A stretch of 64,000 nt of DNA, taken from Chthoniobacterales bacterium. Lineage in GTDB: Bacteria; Verrucomicrobiota; Verrucomicrobiia; Chthoniobacterales; DASVRZ01. Below the pieces are notes generated by a model that saw only the letters and a list, made by a program, of their open reading frames with translations, did not search any database and had not been told where the DNA came from. Location of the stretch: the NCBI GenBank assembly GCA_038228695.1, contig JBBRPA010000002.1, positions 32,080 through 96,079 of the forward strand. Reading direction: 5' to 3'. The translations under genes were made by a program, and so were the position numbers. This document shows positions 28,543-37,047 of the stretch, one piece after another (positions within the stretch are counted from its first letter, which is position 1; every line of letters begins with the position of its first letter).

Positions 28543-29521
28543 TATCCACCTCCAAAATCGCACGTTTCGCTCCGTCAAAAAGTCGCAGGCGAACGCTCCG
28601 TCGATAGGACTCGAGTGCATTTTTGCCCATTTTTTTGAGTTCTTGCAACTGGTTGGCCAGTGCGATGAGAGGTTCCATCTCGGCTTGCACCTTAAGTGTC
28701 TCGATCTCGACGGCGCGTTTCGAGAGGACGATTTTTTGGTCCGCTCCGGCATGGGCCAGGCTGATGTCGGAGGAGACGTGGTTGTGCGCAGTGTTGATCG
28801 CGGCAAGCGCGGACTCTACCTCGGGCGGTGGATCGATCCCGGTGATCAGGGAAGCCTCCAACTGAATCCCGTATCGTGCCGCTGAGGAAGCGCATTCCTG
28901 TTCCATCCGATCGTTCAGATCGCGGAGGTTTTTGCGCAAATCATTGATCGAAACACCGGCGATGCTCAGGGTGCTGCCGGAAACGGCCTCATCGGAGATC
29001 ACGATCGGCGGCGCCTCGAAGTTGGCGATGCGTTCCCGCAATACGCTGATGAAATAACCCATCACGTGGATGATCGGACTGCGCACGGCGAAAAGGTAGG
29101 CGTAGAGATTGCGCTCGTCGGCTTTGTAGCGGATTTGACCGGTCAACCCGGTGTTCAGTTGATCCTTGGTAACCGCATCGAGGACAGTGCCGTTTTGGTT
29201 CGCCTCGGGAGTTTCGAGATCGTAAGCCATACTAATGGTCTGCGTGGCGATGGGCACCTTGTAAACGCGTTCCCACGGCCATTTGAAATAAGGCCCGCCG
29301 GGTTGAATGACACGAAGTTGCGGATAATCGTAACGCTCGCGTTCTTCCGGAGTGAGACTGGCAGAAATCGGATCGGTGCCGGTCGTTCCGCCGAGACGTT
29401 GGGCGCGGCCGAAACTAGTCTTCACCGCGCGTTCCCCTTGGTTGACCGTAAATATTCCCGCCGCGAGATAGCGGACCAGAAACCAAAGGATAAAACCGAA
29501 AAGAAGACCGGCTGGAACCAT
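28535..29521 (-). CDS. SPFH/band-7 domain membrane protein (first of a pair)
   Basis: N-terminal TM helix, then FTVNQGERAVKTSFGR, an HflK/C- and stomatin-like start, and a coiled-coil-like C-terminus. Confidence 0.8.
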   Translation of the reverse strand: MVPAGLLFGFILWFLVRYLAAGIFTVNQGERAVKTSFGRAQRLGGTTGTDPISASLTPEERERYDYPQLRVIQPGGPYFKWPWERVYKVPIATQTISMAYDLETPEANQNGTVLDAVTKDQLNTGLTGQIRYKADERNLYAYLFAVRSPIIHVMGYFISVLRERIANFEAPPIVISDEAVSGSTLSIAGVSINDLRKNLRDLNDRMEQECASSAARYGIQLEASLITGIDPPPEVESALAAINTAHNHVSSDISLAHAGADQKIVLSKRAVEIETLKVQAEMEPLIALANQLQELKKMGKNALESYRRSVRLRLFDGAKRAILEVDNE

Positions 29522-29646
29522 GGGAAGGTTTCTTATAGAAGTGTCGTCAGACTAACAAGACATCTTTTTGGAATGACTGCCTTGAGGGAACATCACGCAT
29601 GGCATTCGAGTTGGCATATCTGCGGCTAGTCTGATTTTCTCGTTCC

Positions 29647-30423
29647 GTGAAGTTCATTCTGTGCTGCCTTCTGCTGAATTGCCTGACTGTTCACGCTCCG
29701 GCGCAATCATCCGCTCGTCCGCTTCTCGTCGCAACCGCTTCCGATCTGCAGTTCGTCATGCCCGATCTGATCGCGGTCTATGAAAAAGCGCATCCCGAAA
29801 TCAAAATCAGCCCCACTTATGGTGCGTCGGGCAAATTTTATGAGCAGATCAAAAACGGCGCACCTTTCGATTTATTCCTATCAGCGGATGCCGCGTTGCC
29901 GGAGAAATTGATTGAGGCGAGCCAAGCGGAGAAGGCGGATTTTTTCCTGTATGCGGTCGGACATCTCGTTGTCTGGGTTTCAAAAACGTCGGCTCTTGAT
30001 TTCGATGGAAAGGGGATGCAGGCGTTGCTCGATCCGACGGTAAAAAAAATTGCTATCGCCAATCCGGCGCACGCTCCGTATGGACGCGCGGCGGTGGCGG
30101 CGATGCAAAAACTCGGCGTTTACGAGGCGGTGCAGGACCGAATGGTTTTGGGCGAGAATGTTGTGCAAGCCGCGCAATTTGCTGAAACGGGTGCGGCTGA
30201 TGCGGCCTTGATCGGCTTGTCCGTGGCCTTGGCTCCGAAAATGATGGAGCGCGGCAGATACTGGGAAGTGCCGAGCGATGCCTTTCCTAAATTGGAGCAG
30301 GGCGGTGTCGTCTTGCGGGAGGCGAAGAACGCAGCGGAAGCGAGGAAATTCCGCGACTGGCTGCGAACGGAGGAGGTGCGCGCAGTTTTGAAGAAATACG
30401 GCTTCGCATTGCCGGAGGCGTAA
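29647..30423 (+). CDS. modA: molybdate ABC transporter substrate-binding protein (orphan)
   Basis: Signal peptide, then ATASDLQFVM...TYGASGKFYEQIKNGAPFDLFLSAD, which is typical ModA. There is no modB or modC nearby. Confidence 0.8.
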   Translation: MKFILCCLLLNCLTVHAPAQSSARPLLVATASDLQFVMPDLIAVYEKAHPEIKISPTYGASGKFYEQIKNGAPFDLFLSADAALPEKLIEASQAEKADFFLYAVGHLVVWVSKTSALDFDGKGMQALLDPTVKKIAIANPAHAPYGRAAVAAMQKLGVYEAVQDRMVLGENVVQAAQFAETGAADAALIGLSVALAPKMMERGRYWEVPSDAFPKLEQGGVVLREAKNAAEARKFRDWLRTEEVRAVLKKYGFALPEA

Positions 30424-30433
30424 GAAAAAATGG

Positions 30434-30506
30434 CCCGCAAAGACGCAAAGGCGCGAAGGAAAGCAGAAAAAGCTTCTTCTCCTTGGCGTCTTTGCGTCTT
30501 TGCGGG
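30434..30506. repeat. long palindromic (REP-like) intergenic element
   Basis: CCCGCAAAGACGCAAAG (30434-30450) is the perfect reverse complement of CTTTGCGTCTTTGCGGG (30490-30506). The 39-nt spacer is itself partly self-complementary. Each arm contains the direct repeat GCAAAGAC/GCAAAG. Confidence 0.8.
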
Positions 30507-30587
30507 AAATTTCCTGGGTTTCGCAACGTAAATAGGCTTCCCAAAACCGCACCCATCCGTAATGTTTTCGAGCCGATAACACCGACC

Positions 30588-32240
30588 ATGAGCACTGCCA
30601 CCGAAACCGCCCCGCCGCCCGTCACCCTTCTCAATGTCCAAATCGATGGCGTCTGGCATAAAATCGCCAAGGGCACCCGGGTCATCGAAGCCTGTTCGCA
30701 GGCGGGAAAATTCATCCCGCGCTATTGCTACCACCCCAAGCTTTCCTCTCCAGGCAACTGCCGCATGTGCCTCGTCGAAATGGGCATGCCGAAAATGACG
30801 CCCGACCGAAAAATCGAACTCGGCGAGGATGGTTTCCCGGTCATTAATTGGATTCCGCGTCCGCAAATTTCCTGCGCGCAAGACGTGGCCGAAGGCATGG
30901 GTGTCCGCACCGACTCGCCGATGGTTCAGGAATGTCGTAAGGGCGTGATGGAATTTCTCCTCATCAACCACCCGCTCGACTGCCCGATTTGCGATCAGGC
31001 GGGCGAGTGTCGCTTGCAGGAATTCAGCATCGAATACGGCCAGAGCAATTCCCGTTTTCTCGAACCCAAGGTCAAGAAGCCGAAGAACGTCGTCCTTGGG
31101 CCACGCGTGACCCTCGACGACGAGCGTTGCATTCTTTGTTCGCGTTGCATTCGCTTCATGAAAGAGGTTGCGAAGGACGATGTGCTTGGATTCACCGATC
31201 GCGGGAGTTACTCCACGCTCAGTTGCCACCCCGACAAGGTGCTCGACTCCAATTACTCGCTCAACACGGTGGACATCTGCCCAGTCGGCGCACTAACTAA
31301 CACCGATTTTCGTTTCAAGATGCGTGTCTGGTTCCTCAAGGAAACCAAAACCATCGATGTGAATTGCGCGACCGGTTCTAACATTATTATCGGCGCTCGC
31401 GAAGGCCAGATCTACCGCATTACGCCACGTGAAAATAATGCCGTAAACGAGAACTGGCTGCCGGATAGTCACCGTCTGAATTTCAAATACATCCACCGCA
31501 CCGACCGGCTTACCGTGCCGCAAGTCCGGGAGAAAAATTCCCTGACCGAGGCGACTTGGGCTGAGGCCATTTCCGCTGCTGCAACGCATTTGAAGGCCCT
31601 TGGTGAAAAAGAAATTGCCGTTATTGCAAGTGGACGCATGACTAACGAAGAACTTTTTCTCGCTCGCCGTTTGGGGGAAGCGTTGAAAGTTTCTGCGATC
31701 GACGTGCTGCCGCGTGAAGGCGCTGCTGACGGTTTTCTGATTTCCGCCGACCGCAATCCTAACACTGCCGGAGCGAAACTTCTCAAAGTGGCCGGAGCCA
31801 AACCCGGCGCAAAACTTTCCGCGATCGCGAAAGGTATCAAGGCGGGCACGATTAAGGGCCTCGTTCTTCTCGGCGAAAATGCCGTCGCCGCCGGCATCCC
31901 TGAGGCCGATCTGGCGAAGCTGGACACGTTGATCGTGATGGATATTTTGCCCAACGCCTCGACAAGCCACGCGTCCGTGGTTTTGCCAGCGGCGAGTTTT
32001 GTGGAAAAGCGCGGTTCGATGATCAATCAGAAGAACCGCCTCCAGCGTCTTAACCAAGCCATTCCCAGCCCGGGTGCGGCGCGAGACGACTGGGAGATTC
32101 TCCGCGACCTCGTCCAGGCCGTCAGCGGCGCGAATGGGATTTATACGATCGAGGAAGTCTTCTCGCAAATGGCCGCAGAAGTTCCTGCATTTTCCAAGTT
32201 GAGCCTGAGCAAAATTGGCGACCTCGGTGTTGCGCTCTAA
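30588..32240 (+). CDS. nuoG: NADH-quinone oxidoreductase subunit G-like Fe-S protein (stand-alone)
   Basis: 2Fe-2S segment CYHPKLSSPGNCRMCLVE. 4Fe-4S motifs HPLDCPICDQAGEC, CILCSRCIRF and CPVGAL, then a molybdopterin-oxidoreductase-like body. The ATG at 30588 is used; the ORF extension to 30483 runs through the palindrome. Confidence 0.8.
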   Translation: MSTATETAPPPVTLLNVQIDGVWHKIAKGTRVIEACSQAGKFIPRYCYHPKLSSPGNCRMCLVEMGMPKMTPDRKIELGEDGFPVINWIPRPQISCAQDVAEGMGVRTDSPMVQECRKGVMEFLLINHPLDCPICDQAGECRLQEFSIEYGQSNSRFLEPKVKKPKNVVLGPRVTLDDERCILCSRCIRFMKEVAKDDVLGFTDRGSYSTLSCHPDKVLDSNYSLNTVDICPVGALTNTDFRFKMRVWFLKETKTIDVNCATGSNIIIGAREGQIYRITPRENNAVNENWLPDSHRLNFKYIHRTDRLTVPQVREKNSLTEATWAEAISAAATHLKALGEKEIAVIASGRMTNEELFLARRLGEALKVSAIDVLPREGAADGFLISADRNPNTAGAKLLKVAGAKPGAKLSAIAKGIKAGTIKGLVLLGENAVAAGIPEADLAKLDTLIVMDILPNASTSHASVVLPAASFVEKRGSMINQKNRLQRLNQAIPSPGAARDDWEILRDLVQAVSGANGIYTIEEVFSQMAAEVPAFSKLSLSKIGDLGVAL

Positions 32241-32255
32241 AAGCGGAATTCAAAG

Positions 32256-34292
32256 TTAGATATTTTCGCCGGCGAATGCTGCGAGCGGAATGGATTTTCC
32301 TTCGCGCAGTTCTAGCGGTAAGTTTCCCCGCAACAGTTTCAGCCAGATCCGAGCGCATCCGGTGACGACGACGAGCGTGGCGAGAAGAAATCCGGCGGTG
32401 ACCGCGGCATCGACTTGGTAGTTCAAGGCGATTGTGGCGGCTTTCGGATCACCCGCTGCGGCCTTCGCAAGACTTGCCGACGCACCCGCCAGAAAGCCCA
32501 TTTTTGGATCGGCAGAAAAGAGTTTTTGGAGGCCGGCGGTGAAGGTGACCGAAACCATGAAAACCAGTGGTACTAACGTGACCCATAGGTAGCGCGTGCG
32601 CCTCATTTTGATCAGCATCGTAGTGCCGAAACAAAAGGCGAGAACGGCGAGTAACTGGTTCGCGATGCCGAAGATGGGCCAGAGCGAATTAATGCCGCCA
32701 AGTGGATCGACCGCTCCTTGATAGAGGAACCAACCCCAGGCTCCGACTAACAAAACGCTCGCCAGCAAGTTGGCTGGCCACGATCGGGTGTTGCCTAGCG
32801 GTCGCCAGCAATGCCCAAGCAAATCTTGGAGAAGAAACCGTCCCACTCGCGTGCCAGCGTCGATCGTGGTCAGGATGAATAACGCCTCGAACATGATCGC
32901 AAAATGATACCAGAGCGAAAGTGCGGCCGGATTCGATGTTAGTCGTGAAAACATGTGCGCCATTCCGACGGCAAAAGTGGGAGCGCCACCGGTCCGCCCG
33001 ATCATGGTTTTCTCTCCAAGACTGGTTGCGAGCGCCGCCATGTCGCCCTCGGTGATCGCAAACCCGAAGCTGTTTACCCGCGCCACGACTTCGGCGGCGG
33101 GACCCTTCATATTGATCGCGAAATACTGGCCTGGATCGAGGGCACAGGCAGCGGCCAGCGCCATCAGGGCGACGACCATTTCAACGACCATCGCACCGTA
33201 GCCGATGGGGCGGACGAGCGTCTCGCGGTCGATCAATTTGGGTGTCGTTCCCGAGGCAATCAAGGCATGAAAACCGGAAACTGCCCCGCAGGCAATGGTG
33301 ATGAAAACGAAGGGAAAAATCGAGCCCGCCACGACTGGGCCGTTGCCTTGGATAAATTGCGTGAGCTTCGGCATGTGCAGATCCGGACGAAGGATCACGA
33401 TGACCAAAGCTAGCACGACGACGGTTCCCAATTTCAGGAACGTGCTTAGATAATCGCGCGGTGTTAGCAACAGCCAGACTGGCAGTGCGCTCGCGGCGAA
33501 TCCGTAAAGAATAATTGACCACGCAAGACCGGTCTCGTGCAGCGTGAAGAATTTCTCCACGACCGGATGCTGCGAGAGAAAACTCCCGCCCCAGACCGCA
33601 GCGAGCAAACCCGCCACGCCAAATGCGGTGATCGCCCCGATTGACAGCCGGGTGAATTTCTGGCCGAGGCCCATGAGCATCGCGAGCGGAATGGTGGCTG
33701 CAATGGTGAATAGGCCCCACGGACTTTCTGCCAGTGCCTTAACCACGACCAATCCTAACACGGCTAATAGCACGATCATAATCGCTAAAATGCTAACAGA
33801 ACTAACCATTCCCAACTTCGGACCCACTTCCTCGCGGATCATGGTGCCGAGGCTCTTGCCGTCGCGGCGCACGGAGGCAAACAACGTGATCATATCATGC
33901 ACCGCGCCTCCTAAAGTCGCGCCGACGAGAATCCAAAGTGTGCCAGGAAGGTAGCCAAATTGCGCAGCGAGAATGGGTCCGACAAGCGGGCCAGGTCCGG
34001 CGATCGCGGCGAAATGATGTCCAAAAACCATCCAGCGATGCGTTGGAACGAAATCTTTTCCATCGCGCAATCGCACCGACGGCGGGGCGCGGTCTGGATC
34101 GATGCCAAGAACCTTCACCGCGAGCCATTTGCTATGAAACCGGTAGGCGATCATCATTGTGCAGACTCCGGCAACAACCAACCAGAGAGCGTTGACCGTT
34201 TCGCCTCGGTGAAGGGCAAGGACGGCCACCGCTACGAGAGCCGCGAGCGCGATGAGGCTCCAACCGGCGGGACGGAGAAGGCGGGAGAGCAT
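32256..34292 (-). CDS. cstA: carbon starvation protein A (CstA family transporter)
   Basis: 678-aa polytopic protein carrying FGHHFAAIAGPGPLVGPILAAQFGYLPG, the CstA signature. Confidence 0.95.
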   Translation of the reverse strand: MLSRLLRPAGWSLIALAALVAVAVLALHRGETVNALWLVVAGVCTMMIAYRFHSKWLAVKVLGIDPDRAPPSVRLRDGKDFVPTHRWMVFGHHFAAIAGPGPLVGPILAAQFGYLPGTLWILVGATLGGAVHDMITLFASVRRDGKSLGTMIREEVGPKLGMVSSVSILAIMIVLLAVLGLVVVKALAESPWGLFTIAATIPLAMLMGLGQKFTRLSIGAITAFGVAGLLAAVWGGSFLSQHPVVEKFFTLHETGLAWSIILYGFAASALPVWLLLTPRDYLSTFLKLGTVVVLALVIVILRPDLHMPKLTQFIQGNGPVVAGSIFPFVFITIACGAVSGFHALIASGTTPKLIDRETLVRPIGYGAMVVEMVVALMALAAACALDPGQYFAINMKGPAAEVVARVNSFGFAITEGDMAALATSLGEKTMIGRTGGAPTFAVGMAHMFSRLTSNPAALSLWYHFAIMFEALFILTTIDAGTRVGRFLLQDLLGHCWRPLGNTRSWPANLLASVLLVGAWGWFLYQGAVDPLGGINSLWPIFGIANQLLAVLAFCFGTTMLIKMRRTRYLWVTLVPLVFMVSVTFTAGLQKLFSADPKMGFLAGASASLAKAAAGDPKAATIALNYQVDAAVTAGFLLATLVVVTGCARIWLKLLRGNLPLELREGKSIPLAAFAGENI

Positions 34293-34352
34293 CTTCGGAA
34301 TTTAGGGAATTTCGCGGTATCGTAAAGGCGAGGTTTTGCCGTAGGATGCGGT

Positions 34353-34643
34353 GTGTCGCTCGAGGAAAACATCCGTGGCTGGTTACAGGAAGATCTGGCC
34401 GAGATCATTGGCTGGAGGATGCCGTTTGGGAAATTTGGGCCGGAGCATTTTCCACCGTCTGGAGTTCCGCTCTACGATCTGCCCGTCGAATATCTCGAAT
34501 GGTTCGCGAAGAAGGGGTTTCCCAAGGGGCGCCTGGGTGAGCTCTTGAAAATGGTTCACCAACTTAAGGTGGACGGCTGCGACGAGATCTTCGATGAGGC
34601 CCGCCGCAAACGGGGCGGGCGAACGTCGTTGCGTCCACGCTGA
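34353..34643 (+). CDS. DUF3820-like small protein
   Basis: MPFGKFGP...LYDLPVEYLEWFAKKGFPKGRLGELL matches my recollection of DUF3820. GTG start. Confidence 0.65.
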   Translation: MSLEENIRGWLQEDLAEIIGWRMPFGKFGPEHFPPSGVPLYDLPVEYLEWFAKKGFPKGRLGELLKMVHQLKVDGCDEIFDEARRKRGGRTSLRPR

Positions 34644-34662
34644 CAGCCGCTAGATTTCGCCG

Positions 34663-35280
34663 ATGATTTCCGCAGACCACGATCTCCACACCCTAGTCGA
34701 AGGCATTCGCGCATGCACGCTGTGTCCGAAAATGGTGCGACCGGGCGTCTCCGGCGGGGCGGTTTTTTCAAAAGTCATCTCCGTCGGACAAGCTCCCGGA
34801 ACGAAGGAGCCGATCGCTGGGAAACCTTTTGCCTGGACCGCTGGGAAGACGCTCTTCCGCTGGTTTGCGGAAACGACGGGCGTGGAGGAGGAGGAGTTTC
34901 GGCGCACCGTTTATATGGCGGCGGTGTGTCGCTGTTTTCCTGGGAAAACCAAACAGGGCGGCGACCGCGTGCCTGATCCCGTTGAGATCGCTACGTGCCG
35001 GCAATGGCTGGATCAGGAGATAGCGATTCTGCGACCAGAACTCATCATTCCGATCGGCAAACTCGCGATTCGCCAGTTTCTTCCGGAGGCTCCCCTAGCG
35101 GACACCATTGGAAAAAAATTCCGGGTCGAACTCCTCACCGGACCCGCTGATATCATTCCGCTGCCGCACCCTTCAGGCGCGTCGCCGTGGCACCGCATGG
35201 AGCCGGGGAAGACCTTGCTCGGTCGCGCACTTCGGTTGATCGCCCGGCATCCGGCGTGGAAGACCCGCTCGGCGGGTTAG
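34663..35280 (+). CDS. uracil-DNA glycosylase superfamily protein (family 4/5-like)
   Basis: Motif A-like SVGQAPG and motif B-like PLPHPSGASPW. Cys residues (CTLC, CRC, C) suggest an Fe-S UDG. Confidence 0.75.
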   Translation: MISADHDLHTLVEGIRACTLCPKMVRPGVSGGAVFSKVISVGQAPGTKEPIAGKPFAWTAGKTLFRWFAETTGVEEEEFRRTVYMAAVCRCFPGKTKQGGDRVPDPVEIATCRQWLDQEIAILRPELIIPIGKLAIRQFLPEAPLADTIGKKFRVELLTGPADIIPLPHPSGASPWHRMEPGKTLLGRALRLIARHPAWKTRSAG

Positions 35281-36092
35281 GGCTCGCCGGTGCGATCGCG
35301 CATCACCCAAAGGTTGCAAGGGATCACTTGGTAAAGCCAGTCGAGGTGAGGGCTAAGGACCGGGTTAGATTTACCGGGTATGCCGGTGGGCACTACGAGC
35401 AGATCGGCGCCAATGCTTTGCAAGTGTTCGCAGGCGGCAAAACCCGTGTTGCCCCGAATGCAATGCGTCTCTACGGGCACATCCAGCGGCGTGGAATCGA
35501 GGACAAACTGATCGAGCCGCTCCTCTGCGCCTTGGAGTCCTCCTGAGTCACGGAGCCGGTGTTCGTCGAAGGTGGTGACAATGTGGAGCGCATGCACTTT
35601 TTCTGCGCCTCGGGCTTTGGCAGCTTGTACGGTTTGCCGGAGCGCCTCGGCGGAATTGCTGGTGAAATCGATCAGGACAGCCGGGCAACGTATGGCCTCC
35701 TCGGCCTCGCGGGGCTGAAGGAACAAAAACAAATCGAACGGCGCCTCGGCGATGAGTTTCCGGGCGATGTTGTTCGCAAAGGGCCGGTAGCCCGTTCCCG
35801 CCACTGGATCGCCCTGCACCGCGCCTGCCACCAGCAGGTCGCAGCCAAATTCCCCAGCAAGCCGGCAAATGGTCGCCGCCGGTTCCCCCGGCACCCAATG
35901 CACCTGTGTGTCGGGCCGAAGTTGAAATTGCGCGAGCCCCTCTGCAATCCGGGCCTTCTTTTCCGGCGTCTCCTCACCGACGTGAATCAACTGGAGCGTT
36001 GCCCCGAAGTAATCCGCCGTCCGTCCCGCCTCGCTCAGCACCGCGTGGAAGCGGGGCGAAAAGGTGGTCGCAGCGGCGATGGAGCGATACAT
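35277..36092 (-). CDS. tandem universal stress protein (2 x Usp domain)
   Basis: The start MYRSIAAATTFSP is typical of Usp. There are two Usp-like halves (DLLVAGA..., ADLLVVP). The start is uncertain: 36092 is preferred, with alternatives at 36182 and 36278. Confidence 0.7.
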   Translation of the reverse strand: MYRSIAAATTFSPRFHAVLSEAGRTADYFGATLQLIHVGEETPEKKARIAEGLAQFQLRPDTQVHWVPGEPAATICRLAGEFGCDLLVAGAVQGDPVAGTGYRPFANNIARKLIAEAPFDLFLFLQPREAEEAIRCPAVLIDFTSNSAEALRQTVQAAKARGAEKVHALHIVTTFDEHRLRDSGGLQGAEERLDQFVLDSTPLDVPVETHCIRGNTGFAACEHLQSIGADLLVVPTGIPGKSNPVLSPHLDWLYQVIPCNLWVMRDRTGEP

Positions 36093-36276
36093 GGAAGAAT
36101 TGGAAAAAAACGCAGTACGTCCTGTTTCCTCTAAGTCAAACGCCAATCCAAGCGGCTCGGGATCAACTGTGGCGATTGACATAAAATTTTTGACAATTTT
36201 TCCGTCCCACTGTTCAAAATTTACCCTCTCGCAGAAGAGTTGCACGAACGCGAAAAAGCTGCTGGACTGCTGACGC

Positions 36277-36903
36277 ATGACTCACGAAACCACTGCAAAC
36301 CCTTTATCGCGGCCCAACATTGTCCGGCGTTTATACAATTGGACAATGCATTGGAGCGAAACGCGCTACGCTTTGCCCGCGCTATGCGCGATCGCGTTTG
36401 CCGAGTCGTCCTTTTTTCTGATTCCACCCGACGTTTTACTCATCGCGATGTGCTTTGCATCGCCGCGGAAATGGTGGAAATACGCCGTTCTTTGCACGGT
36501 GGCGAGCGTCGCTGGTGGCGTGTTCGGCTGGTGGATTGGGCATGCGTTCTGGGATGTGACCCAAGGAATTTTCTTCAAAATTCCCGGCTTCAGTCCGGAC
36601 AAGTTTGAAATGGTGCAAAAGCTGTTTCAGGGGAATGCTTTTTTGGCGATTCTAGGCGCGGCGTTCACTCCCATTCCCTATAAGATTTTCACCATTGCAG
36701 CGGGCGTTTTTAATGTTCCAATTACTACTTTGATTGTTGCATCCGTAGCGGGGCGGGGCGGGCGTTTTCTGTTAGTGGCGGGGTTGATTCGCGTCTTTGG
36801 CCCGCAGGTAAGGCCGTTTTTGGAAAAGCATTTTGAATGGACGGCCCTAGCCCTGTTCCTGCTCGGTGTTGGCGGCATTGTAGCGATCAAATTGCTGCAT
36901 TGA
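36277..36903 (+). CDS. YqaA/DedA-family (VTT domain) membrane protein
   Basis: LPALCAIAFAESSFFLIPPDVLLI plus four or more hydrophobic helices. Confidence 0.8.
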   Translation: MTHETTANPLSRPNIVRRLYNWTMHWSETRYALPALCAIAFAESSFFLIPPDVLLIAMCFASPRKWWKYAVLCTVASVAGGVFGWWIGHAFWDVTQGIFFKIPGFSPDKFEMVQKLFQGNAFLAILGAAFTPIPYKIFTIAAGVFNVPITTLIVASVAGRGGRFLLVAGLIRVFGPQVRPFLEKHFEWTALALFLLGVGGIVAIKLLH

Positions 36904-36964
36904 GCGTGTGAGGAAACCATTTGCCTGTCTGCATCGAGCGGATTATTAAGATATTCCATTCCAA

Positions 36965-37046
36965 GCCGGGGTGGCGAAATTGGCAGACGCGCCAGACTTA
37001 GGATCTGGTTCCGAAAGGAGTGCAGGTTCAAGTCCTGTCCCCGGCA
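36965..37046 (+). tRNA. tRNA-Leu (TAG)
   Basis: Hand-folded. Acceptor GCCGGGG/CCCCGGC, anticodon arm CCAGA-CTTAGGA-TCTGG, long variable arm, T-arm GCAGG-TTCAAGT-CCTGT. Confidence 0.9.
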
Positions 37047-37047
37047 C

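Noticed and set aside
29522-29646. A Moco riboswitch upstream of modA, and a TPP riboswitch upstream of the NMT1-like gene (39399-39547).
   Set aside because: I could not find the conserved cores in either leader (a Moco-type GCCUCCGAGCC element, or the TPP CUGAGA / ACCUGAUCUGGAUAAUGCCAGCG elements).
30120-31229. 369-aa minus-strand ORF across modA, the palindrome and nuoG. Similar long antisense ORFs occur at 17232-18140, 54679-55476 and 43126-43830.
   Set aside because: All of them lie opposite genes with clear family motifs and read as low-complexity Arg/Gly/Ala-rich sequence.
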